Source: a virus
IMG/VR virus record: IMGVR_UViG_3300009149_000011
Coordinates: 32,001 to 96,000 of that record
Length of the DNA stretch: 64,000 nt
Direction: 5' to 3' (one strand)
Under the pieces are notes generated by a model, which worked only from the letters and a program-made list of their open reading frames with translations, was not told the DNA's origin and searched no databases. The first letter of the stretch is position 1; each line of letters starts with the position of its first letter. Below are positions 1 to 9,037 of the stretch, in pieces. The position numbers were made by a program, and so were the translations under genes.

Positions 1-658
1 TGTGATATAATCCATTGAGATACCATTTTTTAGTTCCATCAGCATTTTCAACGGCGGGACCATCTTCTCTATGCCTTTCTTTGTTGAGATACCAAGCTTT
101 ATCTCCATTGGAATATTCAATAGCTGGACCATCTTCTCTATGAAGATTTCCATTTAGGTACCAACATTTATATCCATTGGAATATTCAATAGCTGGACCA
201 TCTTCTCTATGCCTTTCTCCATTCAGATACCAATATTTACCCCCATCGGCATATTCAATAGCTGGACCATCTTCTCTATGCTTTTTTCCATTGAGATACC
301 AACATTTATATCCATTAGCATATTCAATAGCTGGACCATCTTCTCTATGTAGATTTCCATTGAAATACCACTCTTTATTTCCATTGGCATATTCAATAGC
401 AAGCCCACCTTCTCGATGTCTTCCCCCATTAAGGAACCATTCTTTGTCTCCGTTATCATATATGACAGCTGGACCATCTTCTCTATGAATCTTTCCATTT
501 AGACGCCACTCACCACCCAAATCACCTTTCTTTTTGAAGGCATGTTCTTCTACAATTGGCACGCTAGTGGGTACGGTATTAGATCTCTCTTCAAACTCTT
601 TCTGAGTTATTATAAGACCTTCCCATCTATAAATTTTTCTTTGTGTACTATCGCTCAT
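1..658 (-). CDS. HREDGPA 22-aa tandem-repeat protein (runs off window start)
   Basis: Manual translation from ATG 658 (TAATG overlap with upstream gene): MSDSTQRK...WRLNGKIHREDGPAVIYDNGDKEWFLNG..., about 7 repeats. Missed by the ORF track because no stop lies in the window. Confidence 0.85.
   Translation of the reverse strand, partial: MSDSTQRKIYRWEGLIITQKEFEERSNTVPTSVPIVEEHAFKKKGDLGGEWRLNGKIHREDGPAVIYDNGDKEWFLNGGRHREGGLAIEYANGNKEWYFNGNLHREDGPAIEYANGYKCWYLNGKKHREDGPAIEYADGGKYWYLNGERHREDGPAIEYSNGYKCWYLNGNLHREDGPAIEYSNGDKAWYLNKERHREDGPAVENADGTKKWYLNGLYH
20..505. repeat. 66-bp coding tandem repeat
   Basis: Recurring gctggaccatcttctctatg at about 66-bp period. Confidence 0.85.
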
Positions 659-1617
659 TATGATTTCAGTTTAATTCTTGAATAAACTACCGCTTCTCTT
701 TTTTGAAATTCGTAATAGTGTTCTATTTCCCAATCTCCTGGAGAAACTTCTACAGTAAAAGCTGAATATCTCTGCTCATCACCAGCATCATCTAACGTTT
801 TCTGATCGGCACATTGCCATCTCCAAACATCACAACAAATATCCCCAACAAGATCAAACCCTTCAAACACTTTCAAATCTACAGTTTCTAACTCTTTCAA
901 CCTTTTTCTATTTTCATCTCTAGCTTCATCTGGACATTCTTCAATAAACCCTCTTAAGTCTTCAATCTGATCTTCTATATAAGGGTCTCCAATTAATATC
1001 TCCTCTTTTTCTTTTGAGTAATAAACATTTACACTCATATTTCCCAGTTGTCCATACCCAACATTCTTTGACGCCAGGTGTTGCATTAGTTGGTTACGAC
1101 CCATTATATCATTAATAGAATGATAACCTTCTTCTTTCATATCATACAACGAATCAGTTATAAAGAAATTGTCAAATACCAGTTTTCCAGTTGGCACATT
1201 AATGGTAGCAGTTAATTTTCCAGCATCAATCAATGGAGTCGCTTTACATGGCTGAAAATCACTTGGAGATAGAGTGAAATCTTTTCCATTCTCTTTTCCT
1301 AAATTATTAAAATCAGTTACATTGAAGAAACCTAAAGTTTTTGCATCAATCATTACCAATGAATTCCTTCCCCCACAATTAAAGCAATAGTTATCATAGG
1401 TGTCGTGAATAGGGACTCCTATCTTGATGTTTTCTATAAAGCTTTTATAGAAGTTGGAAATTTCTTCGTTATTCTCCCTCTTTTCAATCATACTCTCAGT
1501 GAACTCAACAACTCTTTCCAAGTTGTCTATTACCGAATTTGTAAGATGCCCTTTCTTATCTAAGACAATACTTCCATCTTCAAGTCCTGCTATGATTTCT
1601 TTAACGCTAATTCCCAT
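658..1617 (-). CDS. hypothetical protein
   Basis: 319-aa ORF in co-directional gene run. Confidence 0.75.
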   Translation of the reverse strand: MGISVKEIIAGLEDGSIVLDKKGHLTNSVIDNLERVVEFTESMIEKRENNEEISNFYKSFIENIKIGVPIHDTYDNYCFNCGGRNSLVMIDAKTLGFFNVTDFNNLGKENGKDFTLSPSDFQPCKATPLIDAGKLTATINVPTGKLVFDNFFITDSLYDMKEEGYHSINDIMGRNQLMQHLASKNVGYGQLGNMSVNVYYSKEKEEILIGDPYIEDQIEDLRGFIEECPDEARDENRKRLKELETVDLKVFEGFDLVGDICCDVWRWQCADQKTLDDAGDEQRYSAFTVEVSPGDWEIEHYYEFQKREAVVYSRIKLKS

Positions 1618-1626
1618 CTCTGTTAT

Positions 1627-1950
1627 TTAATATAAGTCTTCACTATATAATTGATTTCCGTAATTCAATTTCTTTATCTGACCGCATCCTAAAGCTATAG
1701 CAGTTCCTTCTTTGCGATCAACAAATCGATTTTTACTGGTAATAAAACCATCTTCCCAAGCTCCAGCTTCCGCCTGTCTCAGTCCCGTAATAGCATTCAT
1801 TGTTCTAATGCATTGCAAATGTCTATGTCCACAAAATGTGATTCCAGATTCTATGTTCACAGGATTAACTTGTTCATTTGGAACATCTTTTTTAAACTCT
1901 AGCTCTTTAAACCAAACGGCTGAGCATGCTATATATTCTTGTTCAAACAT
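1627..1950 (-). CDS. hypothetical phage protein
   Basis: 107 aa; GHRH and GFITSKNRFVDR motifs. Confidence 0.7.
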   Translation of the reverse strand: MFEQEYIACSAVWFKELEFKKDVPNEQVNPVNIESGITFCGHRHLQCIRTMNAITGLRQAEAGAWEDGFITSKNRFVDRKEGTAIALGCGQIKKLNYGNQLYSEDLY

Positions 1951-1951
1951 A

Positions 1952-2254
1952 TTAACTTAACCTATCTGGAGTAAAAAGCTCCTTATCACATGTGTGAACT
2001 TTAATTGTTGTATAACTAGGAAACTCAGAACCCCAATATTCATTTGAGAATTTCATTTCCGCATGATAAGCAGTGCTGCTTAATACAGGCACCATTATCC
2101 TTTGCCCTTTTGTATATAAAGGCTGTTTGTTTTTTAAAATAAACCAAGCGTCTTCACAAATCTCTATTTCTACTACAAATATTCTTTTAGTTTTTTTCTT
2201 TTTATCAAAAGCCATATCACATAAATATTTTAAATTGTTCAACAAATATTTCAA
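1952..2254 (-). CDS. hypothetical protein
   Basis: ORF filling the gap; start uncertain. Confidence 0.6.
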   Translation of the reverse strand: MKYLLNNLKYLCDMAFDKKKKTKRIFVVEIEICEDAWFILKNKQPLYTKGQRIMVPVLSSTAYHAEMKFSNEYWGSEFPSYTTIKVHTCDKELFTPDRLS

Positions 2255-2256
2255 AA

Positions 2257-2793
2257 CTATTGCACACTATAGGCTCCATCTTTTCTTACTAAGTGAAATT
2301 CTTCATCATCATCTACACCATAGAAAAACTCTTCTTCCTCTGCTTGTTTCAAAACTGACTTGAGCCACATTTTTGTATTAAGAGTATTAAAATAATCTTC
2401 TGATTCTGGATCTACTCTAACCGAAAGATTGCCATCTTCTTCAATCTTAGCTATAAACATCACCCCCTCTAATGCTCTATCCCCGCAACCTTCAAACATA
2501 GCCTCTTTTCTCGGCTCAATTCTCTCTCCTTCTATTTGCCAATCTTCTAAGAGTCCAAAATAATCATATGGACCCTCTTTCCCAGGCTCTATATCTACTT
2601 CGAAACTGTCTGAAAACCCCTCTCCATATCCATAGTTTACTCTAATCTTGTTTTCAGATACAATATCAAAACCTTCATAGTAAGCTGAAGTTACATTTTC
2701 TTCGTTAAACTTTTTCTCAGCAAAATCATTAACAATGTTTTGTTGATCTTTAACTGATATAAGTTTTTTTAAAGCTTTATTTAATTTACTCAT
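2257..2793 (-). CDS. hypothetical protein
   Basis: 178-aa acidic ORF. Confidence 0.7.
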   Translation of the reverse strand: MSKLNKALKKLISVKDQQNIVNDFAEKKFNEENVTSAYYEGFDIVSENKIRVNYGYGEGFSDSFEVDIEPGKEGPYDYFGLLEDWQIEGERIEPRKEAMFEGCGDRALEGVMFIAKIEEDGNLSVRVDPESEDYFNTLNTKMWLKSVLKQAEEEEFFYGVDDDEEFHLVRKDGAYSVQ

Positions 2794-2806
2794 AATATTA
2801 AGAGTC

Positions 2807-3313
2807 TTATATTAAATTAATATGTCCAACAAATATATCAAAACTATCGCACACCACAATCTTTTCCCTTTCTTTTTTTACATAAACGATAGAGTCTAAA
2901 ATATCACGCCAATGAGCTCCAATCAAAAACACTGGAGGAGCATCTTTCTTCTTGCGAATAATATCCCAAATTAAGAAGAGTTCAGCAAGGGTTCCAACCC
3001 CCCCTTTTTGTACCACAAACAAATCAGCATTCATCAACTCTCTCAATCGATCAAAGATATCCTTAGCGGGCATAACTATATCTAAATAGTCATTACCCTT
3101 CAAGCTGCCAAAAGATTGACAAGTGACCCCTATAACATCGGCTCCACCCTCTTTCCCCCCTTTAGATACGGCTTCCATAAGCCCAGAGTAACCTCCAGAT
3201 TTAATTGTATAACCTTGCTCCGCTAATAACTTCCCTATCTTTATAGTATCTTTATACTCTTTCGTTGTAGTGTCATTAATTGCGCCACCAAACAAAGTTG
3301 CTACCTTTCCCAT
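2807..3313 (-). CDS. LOG/SLOG-family nucleotide-binding protein
   Basis: GGYSGLMEAVSKG and KGGVGTLAEL motifs. Confidence 0.85.
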   Translation of the reverse strand: MGKVATLFGGAINDTTTKEYKDTIKIGKLLAEQGYTIKSGGYSGLMEAVSKGGKEGGADVIGVTCQSFGSLKGNDYLDIVMPAKDIFDRLRELMNADLFVVQKGGVGTLAELFLIWDIIRKKKDAPPVFLIGAHWRDILDSIVYVKKEREKIVVCDSFDIFVGHINLI

Positions 3314-3315
3314 AT

Positions 3316-4041
3316 TTATGCTTCTACTATATTTCTATTAAAATGTTTTTCCAATAAATCTCCCACCTTGCTATTAAAATCTTCCTCGTAATCATGAAAT
3401 GAGAACCAATGCATAAATGCCATAGCAACAAACTCCCTAATGTTGAGCGCGCATCTTAATCCGCAATAACCCATTTCTTTTATTTTAGAATCATTTGTTC
3501 TATTACTCGCAAATAAACCCATTGCGGACACTATGTCGCCATTGAAGCCTGGATCTACCCCTATCTTCCAAGAGGAATCTTCAGATTCATGATATTTATA
3601 GCCAACAGCTTCAATCATTTCTCTATATTCATCCTCAAACTTTTTATATAAGTCTAAGTGACAATCTAAAGCGTGAGTATACTCATGTAAGAAAATTAAC
3701 TCCCAACCATACTGTCTATCTTGCCTTGATGATACTGGGTGGAGTTTTATAGTTTTTGTTTCTATACAAAAACCGCCTGGAGCATTATAAGGCATTTCGC
3801 CCATAGCTATTATCTTAACCGCGTCTGGGTTGATATCCATCTCGCATGAATGTTCAAAATCCGCAAGCATCTCCTCTAATAATTCAACATTCTCTGGAGA
3901 ACCAGCTAAAACAATTCCATTAGGCAAAGTTTTTTGAAAAGGCTCTGTCCACTCGTCTTCATATTTGAATATTAAGCCTTCAACAAATGAATCATATTTT
4001 TCTAATTGAGTTTTATTTTTCATAATTCTATAACTTATCAA
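3316..4041 (-). CDS. zincin-like metallopeptidase
   Basis: LHEYTHALD (HExxH) with downstream EFVA. Confidence 0.65.
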   Translation of the reverse strand: MISYRIMKNKTQLEKYDSFVEGLIFKYEDEWTEPFQKTLPNGIVLAGSPENVELLEEMLADFEHSCEMDINPDAVKIIAMGEMPYNAPGGFCIETKTIKLHPVSSRQDRQYGWELIFLHEYTHALDCHLDLYKKFEDEYREMIEAVGYKYHESEDSSWKIGVDPGFNGDIVSAMGLFASNRTNDSKIKEMGYCGLRCALNIREFVAMAFMHWFSFHDYEEDFNSKVGDLLEKHFNRNIVEA

Positions 4042-4225
4042 TTAAAATTCTTATAATTAAAGCTAGCGCCACATCAACAAGATACAAAGGCCAAAACTTA
4101 ATGACCATCTGCATTTGAGTTAATTCTGGATTGTTAAACCAAAAAACTATCGGTATCATTATCAAAAATAGGATAATTATAATCACTATAACTACTATTA
4201 CGGTTAAAGGTTTCAAGTTTTTCAT
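4028..4225 (-). CDS. small two-TM membrane protein
   Basis: Two hydrophobic stretches. Confidence 0.6.
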   Translation of the reverse strand: MKNLKPLTVIVVIVIIIILFLIMIPIVFWFNNPELTQMQMVIKFWPLYLVDVALALIIRILIDKL

Positions 4226-4350
4226 ATTATCTTATATTTAAAAACACTTATTTTAAATTCCAGTTACCTATATAACGAAAAAAGGCAACAATTTGTTGCC
4301 TTTTTAGAAATTTAAAATATGTAACCTAATATATACCTAAACAGATGTGA

Positions 4351-4632
4351 CTATTTAAAGCTTTGATTGAATCTGTATATAATCCCTCTATTTGTTTCAG
4401 GTTCACACTTCTCAACGTCCTCCAACTCTATCTCTTCACTATAAATATCTCCATTAAATCCTATTATATGGATCTCCGCAAAATCTTCTATTTCTGCAAA
4501 TATAAGACAACTATCAAATTGACTTGTAGCCGTATAAACTCCAGGGCTGTGAATAAACCCTCCTACGTTGGCTGTTGGATATCCACATTTAGTGGATAAT
4601 CCCATACCTCTTTCTACTTTATATTTTTCCAT
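4351..4632 (-). CDS. stand-alone riboflavin kinase-like protein
   Basis: GYPTANV and EIHIIGFNGDIY motifs of the RFK domain. Confidence 0.7.
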   Translation of the reverse strand: MEKYKVERGMGLSTKCGYPTANVGGFIHSPGVYTATSQFDSCLIFAEIEDFAEIHIIGFNGDIYSEEIELEDVEKCEPETNRGIIYRFNQSFK

Positions 4633-4636
4633 TGTA

Positions 4637-5527
4637 TTATTTAAAATCGGATGTATATTCAGTTACATAACGCTGCCTCATTAAAGTTATTTCTCCATGG
4701 TCTGGGGATATTTTCTCCGCTCTTTTAAGGCAAGACATTGCATATATAGGTAAACCATTTTGATCAAAGAAATATGCAAACTTCAAAAACTCTAGAGGAG
4801 ATGTAACGTCCATAGTAGATTCGATTTGATCCATCTCTATAGATATAGGACCTTCTTTTTCCATTGAGATTAGTGAAAATGTAGATTGACTGCTGTTTTT
4901 TGGATTACCTTTCTCCGTAACTCTTATAATGTAATCGCTAAAGTAGCTTAAAAGCATGAAATTTATATCAACTACAGTTTCAGTCCCAAAAGCTTCAGCC
5001 ATCCAAAAGGTTTCATCAAATAAATTCAAAACTTCTACTTTATATAATTTAGATTTTTCTCCCGTCCAAGAAATTTCAAATGGTTTAGAATGCAATACTT
5101 TAAACTTCCCTGGAAGTATAAGCTTAACATCTCCCAACCCTCTAGATACGCTACCTGTTACATTTGAATTTGATTTAGAATCTTGCTTCTCCATATTATT
5201 TAAAACAAAAGACGCGTATTTAGATGAAAAGCTGGATTTACTTCCTTGTAATTTTTCTTCCAAATTACTTGATACGTATGTACCATCAGTTTTTAATTCT
5301 AAAGTTTTTCCTGAAGAATGCATTAACCCAACGTATGATCCGCTAGATAATTTTATCTTAGAATCTAACAATATTTTACTCCCACTCTTAAGTAAGACCC
5401 ATCCATTTCCATCATTACCTTGAACCACCCCCTTACTAGCTAGCACTTTAAACGTGTACGCCGTATCTTGTCCAAATACTGATAAAATGCTCATAAACAA
5501 CATTATGCATAGTAAAAATTTTTTCAT
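4637..5527 (-). CDS. secreted protein (signal peptide), unknown function
   Basis: N-terminal MKKFLLCIMLFMSILSVFG signal. Confidence 0.7.
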   Translation of the reverse strand: MKKFLLCIMLFMSILSVFGQDTAYTFKVLASKGVVQGNDGNGWVLLKSGSKILLDSKIKLSSGSYVGLMHSSGKTLELKTDGTYVSSNLEEKLQGSKSSFSSKYASFVLNNMEKQDSKSNSNVTGSVSRGLGDVKLILPGKFKVLHSKPFEISWTGEKSKLYKVEVLNLFDETFWMAEAFGTETVVDINFMLLSYFSDYIIRVTEKGNPKNSSQSTFSLISMEKEGPISIEMDQIESTMDVTSPLEFLKFAYFFDQNGLPIYAMSCLKRAEKISPDHGEITLMRQRYVTEYTSDFK

Positions 5528-5601
5528 GTTCTTTTTTTTAAATTATCCTTTTGTAATAAATAACGATTCTTTTTAAGAATACCTAGTAAAACCCGATGTT
5601 T

Positions 5602-5808
5602 TTAACGCAAAAAAGCCAAAACATCTTGGGAATCATAATCTCTTCCTTTGTGCTTTGGCTTCTTATACTTTTTCTTTGACTCAACAATCTTGGATTGGAA
5701 TCTTCCGTCAAGAGCTCCTTGCTCTTTCAGGTCTCGGTGATGCTTAGACTTCTCAATTTGCATGAGCTTCTCTTTGCTGATCACCAAGGGTCTGTTTTTT
5801 CTAGACAT
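5602..5808 (-). CDS. ArfA-like alternative ribosome-rescue factor
   Basis: Small basic protein with GALDGRFQSKIVESKKKYKKPKHK; hairpin plus U-tract before its stop. Confidence 0.55.
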   Translation of the reverse strand: MSRKNRPLVISKEKLMQIEKSKHHRDLKEQGALDGRFQSKIVESKKKYKKPKHKGRDYDSQDVLAFLR

Positions 5809-5871
5809 ATCGGTAACATTTAAATTAGTGGGGCATCCGATAAATCGAACACCATTAACCTATATAGGTTG

Positions 5872-6025
5872 TGGGATAGGTAGGATTCGAACCTCAACCT
5901 TACTTTTGGATATCACTAGTAATACTAAGAATCTGCGCAGACTTCCTTTCTCACAAAGATTGTTTTACACAGTCGTAAAACGCCTTGCTCGCCGCAAGGT
6001 GGGCTCACCAGCGCCCAGCTACCCC
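5872..6025 (-). ncRNA. large tRNA-like RNA (154 nt) with multi-hairpin insert
   Basis: Acceptor GGGGTAG/CTATCCC, D-arm GGGC/GCCC, GGTTCGAATCC T-loop; no canonical anticodon arm. Confidence 0.6.
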
Positions 6026-6039
6026 ATGTAGCTTTATTG

Positions 6040-6120
6040 TGGGAGTAGCAGGGATCGAACCTGCACGTTGTTAAACCACGGAGTTACAGTCCGCTAAGCC
6101 ACCAGTTGCTCAATACTCCC
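6040..6120 (-). tRNA. tRNA-Tyr(GTA)
   Basis: GCGGA-CTGTAAC-TCCGT, long variable arm. Confidence 0.9.
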
Positions 6121-6121
6121 A

Positions 6122-6673
6122 TTAATTTTGTTTTGCTATAAAACTATCTCTGTATTTATTTACTCGCTCTGATATCAAATTTTTATATCTACTATGCATA
6201 TACATATGATGTGTAGGGCATAGTGGAATCAGATTATCTGGAGAGTTATTTTTTCTATCCTCATCATAATGATGAACATCTATAATTTTATCTTCTTCAC
6301 AAATAACACATTTTTTCTTATGATAATAAAAGCAAGTACTTCTATAAGCGTCATCTTTCCAATTAGGGTGATTAACTCCAGATCTATAATACGTATTAGC
6401 GCAAGAATGAGAACAGGTCACTTTTTCTTTAAGGCCTCCCAATCTTGTTTCAAATTTACCTAAACATATTGGACACTCTTTTTGGATTATGTCATATTTA
6501 ATATTTCTCTTAGATAACCCGCCATCAAAATGACTAACGTCCAACGAAAGGTCTTCAATCATTTTGGTGATTTTTCTTCGCCCTCCACCCCCAGTTACAT
6601 ATCCCATCTTTCTACATACATCGGATTTGCTTTTTGAACTTTTGACAGCTTCAATTAATTTTTCTTTATTCAT
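6122..6673 (-). CDS. HNH homing endonuclease
   Basis: CVIC...DVHHYDEDRKNNSPDNLIPLCPTHH. Confidence 0.9.
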   Translation of the reverse strand: MNKEKLIEAVKSSKSKSDVCRKMGYVTGGGGRRKITKMIEDLSLDVSHFDGGLSKRNIKYDIIQKECPICLGKFETRLGGLKEKVTCSHSCANTYYRSGVNHPNWKDDAYRSTCFYYHKKKCVICEEDKIIDVHHYDEDRKNNSPDNLIPLCPTHHMYMHSRYKNLISERVNKYRDSFIAKQN

Positions 6674-6762
6674 TATTTTTATTATAAATAATCAAATAAA
6701 AGTATACCACACATCTTTTGAATATGATTGTCCAAAAGTTGTAAGGTGTACCTAGTTTTATG

Positions 6763-6858
6763 TCAGGAGTGGGGGATTCGAACACCCGAACCACACTAAC
6801 TGTGCGCAGTTATCCGTGTCCAAAACGGATGCCTTAAACCTTACTCGATCAATTCCTG
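6763..6858 (-). tRNA. tRNA-Pro(TGG)-like with atypical long variable arm
   Basis: TCCGT-TTTGGAC-ACGGA; extra arm AACTG..CAGTT. Confidence 0.6.
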
Positions 6859-6896
6859 ATATCTCAAGGGAGTATACGCCTTACCCAAGAACTGCG

Positions 6897-6983
6897 TGGT
6901 GGGAGCGAGAGGGATCGAACCTCCTATCCATGCGGATTACCAGGGTTACAACCTGACGCCTAACCAATTTGTGCATCACTCCC
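6897..6983 (-). tRNA. tRNA-Tyr(GTA), CCA encoded
   Basis: TCAGG-TTGTAAC-CCTGG. Confidence 0.85.
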
Positions 6984-7003
6984 AATTTATGTGTCCTACT
7001 CCA

Positions 7004-7090
7004 AGAAGCAGACTGGACTCGAACCAGCGATCTTCGGCTTGGAATACGCAAATGCTTTTCCGACGCTCTATCCAACTGAGCTACAACCTC
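7004..7090 (-). ncRNA. tRNA-like RNA with enlarged anticodon loop
   Basis: Canonical D arm (TAGCTCAGTTGGATAGAGC) and T arm; 22 nt between TCGG and CCGA. Confidence 0.55.
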
Positions 7091-7285
7091 TCTTCAGACA
7101 CATACTTAATAGCTTCATCTACTTTATCAGATTGTTGCTTCCTTTCATTAAACTTTTACTTTCAGACCTGTCCAGCTCTTCCCTGGATCACAGTTTTTAA
7201 GGTCTAGCCTTTGCGTATGTTATCGTCCAGCTAATCGTTTAATTTCCAGAAACACTTCCCATCCATTTCCTTGAAGTGTTCGGTG

Positions 7286-7360
7286 TGGAGGATATCGGAG
7301 TCGAACCGATGACCTCTGCAGTGCAAGTGCAGCGCTCTAAGCCAGCTGAGCTAATCCCCC
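7286..7360 (-). tRNA. tRNA-Ala(TGC)
   Basis: CTGCA-CTTGCAC-TGCAG, G3:U70. Confidence 0.92.
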
Positions 7361-7418
7361 AAATATAATTCTATGCAGCTACTCTATAAGCTCTATGAAT
7401 TATTAACAGTCTCTCTCG

Positions 7419-7492
7419 TGGACACATACGGGCTTCGAACCCGTGACTCCTGGGTGCAAACCAAGTGTGATAGCCAACTTCACCAACGGCCC
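7419..7492 (-). tRNA. tRNA-Ala(TGC), divergent
   Basis: CTTGG-TTTGCAC-CCAGG; imperfect acceptor stem. Confidence 0.7.
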
Positions 7493-7503
7493 AAATATTA
7501 TTA

Positions 7504-7580
7504 TGGCGGTCCAGAAGGAATTCGAATCCTCAATCTCTCCCGTGACAGGGGAGCAACATGCGCCGATATGATGCTGGACC
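7504..7580 (-). tRNA. tRNA-Asp(GTC), CCA encoded
   Basis: CTCCC-CTGTCAC-GGGAG. Confidence 0.8.
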
Positions 7581-7660
7581 ATGGTGGAGGGATTTTAGTT
7601 GACCTGCAGGATCAATTTAACTTTCACCACCCCCCGATGTGAATCACAATGAAAGTATTG

Positions 7661-7736
7661 CGGGATATACGGGATTCGAACCCGTGACCTTCTGCGTGAC
7701 AGGCAGACATCCTAAGCCAGACTAGACCAATACCCC
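7661..7736 (-). tRNA. tRNA-Asp(GTC)
   Basis: TCTGC-CTGTCAC-GCAGA. Confidence 0.92.
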
Positions 7737-7944
7737 AATTAAAATTATCTATCCATTTCTAAGTGGAATATTTTCATTGACAAACGATCTGCTTTCACAG
7801 GCAATCCCTCAATATCTTACAATAAACAACGTCATCTTAGCATGACTATAAAACTTACCTAACGAACCTATCTCTGCCGCTCTAGGAGGTGTAGGGATTC
7901 AACCCACTTCATAGTTTTACTGCTTATCTTCAGTAGATAATTAG

Positions 7945-8017
7945 CTCTCGCGCCTGGGCTTGAACCAGGGACCATCGGAGTAACAATCCGAAGCTCTACC
8001 AGCTGAGCTACACGAGA
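7945..8017 (-). tRNA. tRNA-Asn(GTT)
   Basis: TCGGA-TTGTTAC-TCCGA. Confidence 0.9.
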
Positions 8018-8019
8018 AT

Positions 8020-8585
8020 TTACACTTTAATGATTCCAGCATGTATCTCTCTATGACAATTAGAACACACTAAAATACATTTATCAAGTTCTTTTTTTAC
8101 TTTATCCCAAGAGTAACAATAACCTCTATGGCTTAAGGAAAAATCTTTTTCATTAGGATCAATGTGGTGAAACTCTAAAGCTCCGATATACTTGTCATAT
8201 CCACAACACTGACATTTTTCACCTTTATAATCCACGGCCATATCTTTAACTTTTCTCCTTCTTTTTTGTACAGCTTCGATTCCCCTCTTTCTTTTTTCTT
8301 CCAGAGAATAGGTTTTATTTTTTTCAGCTGAATATAATTTGTAACAGTACTCCTGCTAAATCCAAATTTTTCAGCCACTTTATTACTTGACCCACATTCA
8401 TCATAATACCTTTGCATATCAGAAATTGTATTTTCATCTATTCTTAAATCAGGAGCTCCAATACCAGCTTTTCTGCAATGATGAGAGACAGTGGATTTAG
8501 AACACCCTAATTCTTCGCTTATCTCTTTGTAAATCTTACCTTGTTTTCTTAGATCAATAATCTTACCTTTTAGAACACTTGTCAT
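8020..8585 (-). pseudogene. HTH-HNH endonuclease split by a frameshift in an A7 run (about 8318-8324)
   Basis: ORF 8175-8585 (HTH) continues in another frame into CQCC..LEFHH..CSNCHREIH (8020-8241). Confidence 0.75.
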
Positions 8586-8642
8586 ATAAATTAATTTTTA
8601 TTGTTAATCTAAAAAGACGAAGGTCTAAAGTAAATAGTTTTG

Positions 8643-8715
8643 AGAATCATCTGAGACTCGAACTCAGATCTCTAAGTTTAACAAACTTGCATTTAAGCTA
8701 TTAAACTAAAAGTCC
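8643..8715 (-). pseudogene. degenerate tRNA-Asn(GTT)
   Basis: T arm intact, loop TTGTTAA, acceptor stem mismatched. Confidence 0.55.
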
Positions 8716-8722
8716 TTTTTTG

Positions 8723-8896
8723 CTGTAGGAGAAGGATTCGAACCTTCAAGGTGCAGTTACCGATTAGACATTTTGCTTACTCTAAGTATTTTAATGCTTA
8801 GTGGTCAATCCATTATCTAACGTTTATCCCGTGATCACCGCCTTCGAGACAGGAAGGTGCGTTTGCCCAGACCGAAGTCCGTTTCGCCACCCTACA
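8723..8896 (-). ncRNA. large tRNA-like RNA (174 nt), GTC loop, about 95-nt variable region
   Basis: Acceptor TGTAGGG/TCCTACA; CCTTC-CTGTCTC-GAAGG; GAAGG-TTCGAAT-CCTTC. Confidence 0.7.
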
Positions 8897-8912
8897 ATTT
8901 GTTATTACCAAC

Positions 8913-8947
8913 ATGTCAAAGAACTGGAAGTAAACTTTTTTACTTCT
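8913..8947 (-). promoter_or_regulatory. rrn-type boxB hairpin plus boxA-like antitermination element
   Basis: GAAGTAAA..TTTACTTC hairpin followed by AGTTCTTTGACAT. Confidence 0.5.
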
Positions 8948-8949
8948 CG

Positions 8950-9023
8950 TCGGAGCAGTAGGATTCGAACCTACGACCTCACCCCTCCAAAGGGCGTAAA
9001 CAACCTGACCGTTATCTACTCCG
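8950..9023 (-). tRNA. tRNA-Pro(TGG)
   Basis: CGCCC-TTTGGAG-GGGTG; C1:G72, A73. Confidence 0.85.
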
Positions 9024-9037
9024 TTTTATTTAAACAC

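Noticed and set aside
177-498. ORFs 177-488(+) and 223-498(-)
   Set aside because: Shadow frames of the HREDGPA repeat gene.
20-505. CRISPR array or DGR variable region
   Set aside because: The 66-bp period is an in-frame protein repeat. There are no unique spacers, and no cas or reverse transcriptase gene in the window.
8300-8330. Programmed -1 frameshift in the HNH gene
   Set aside because: No correctly phased X XXY YYZ heptamer; a homopolymer indel is simpler.
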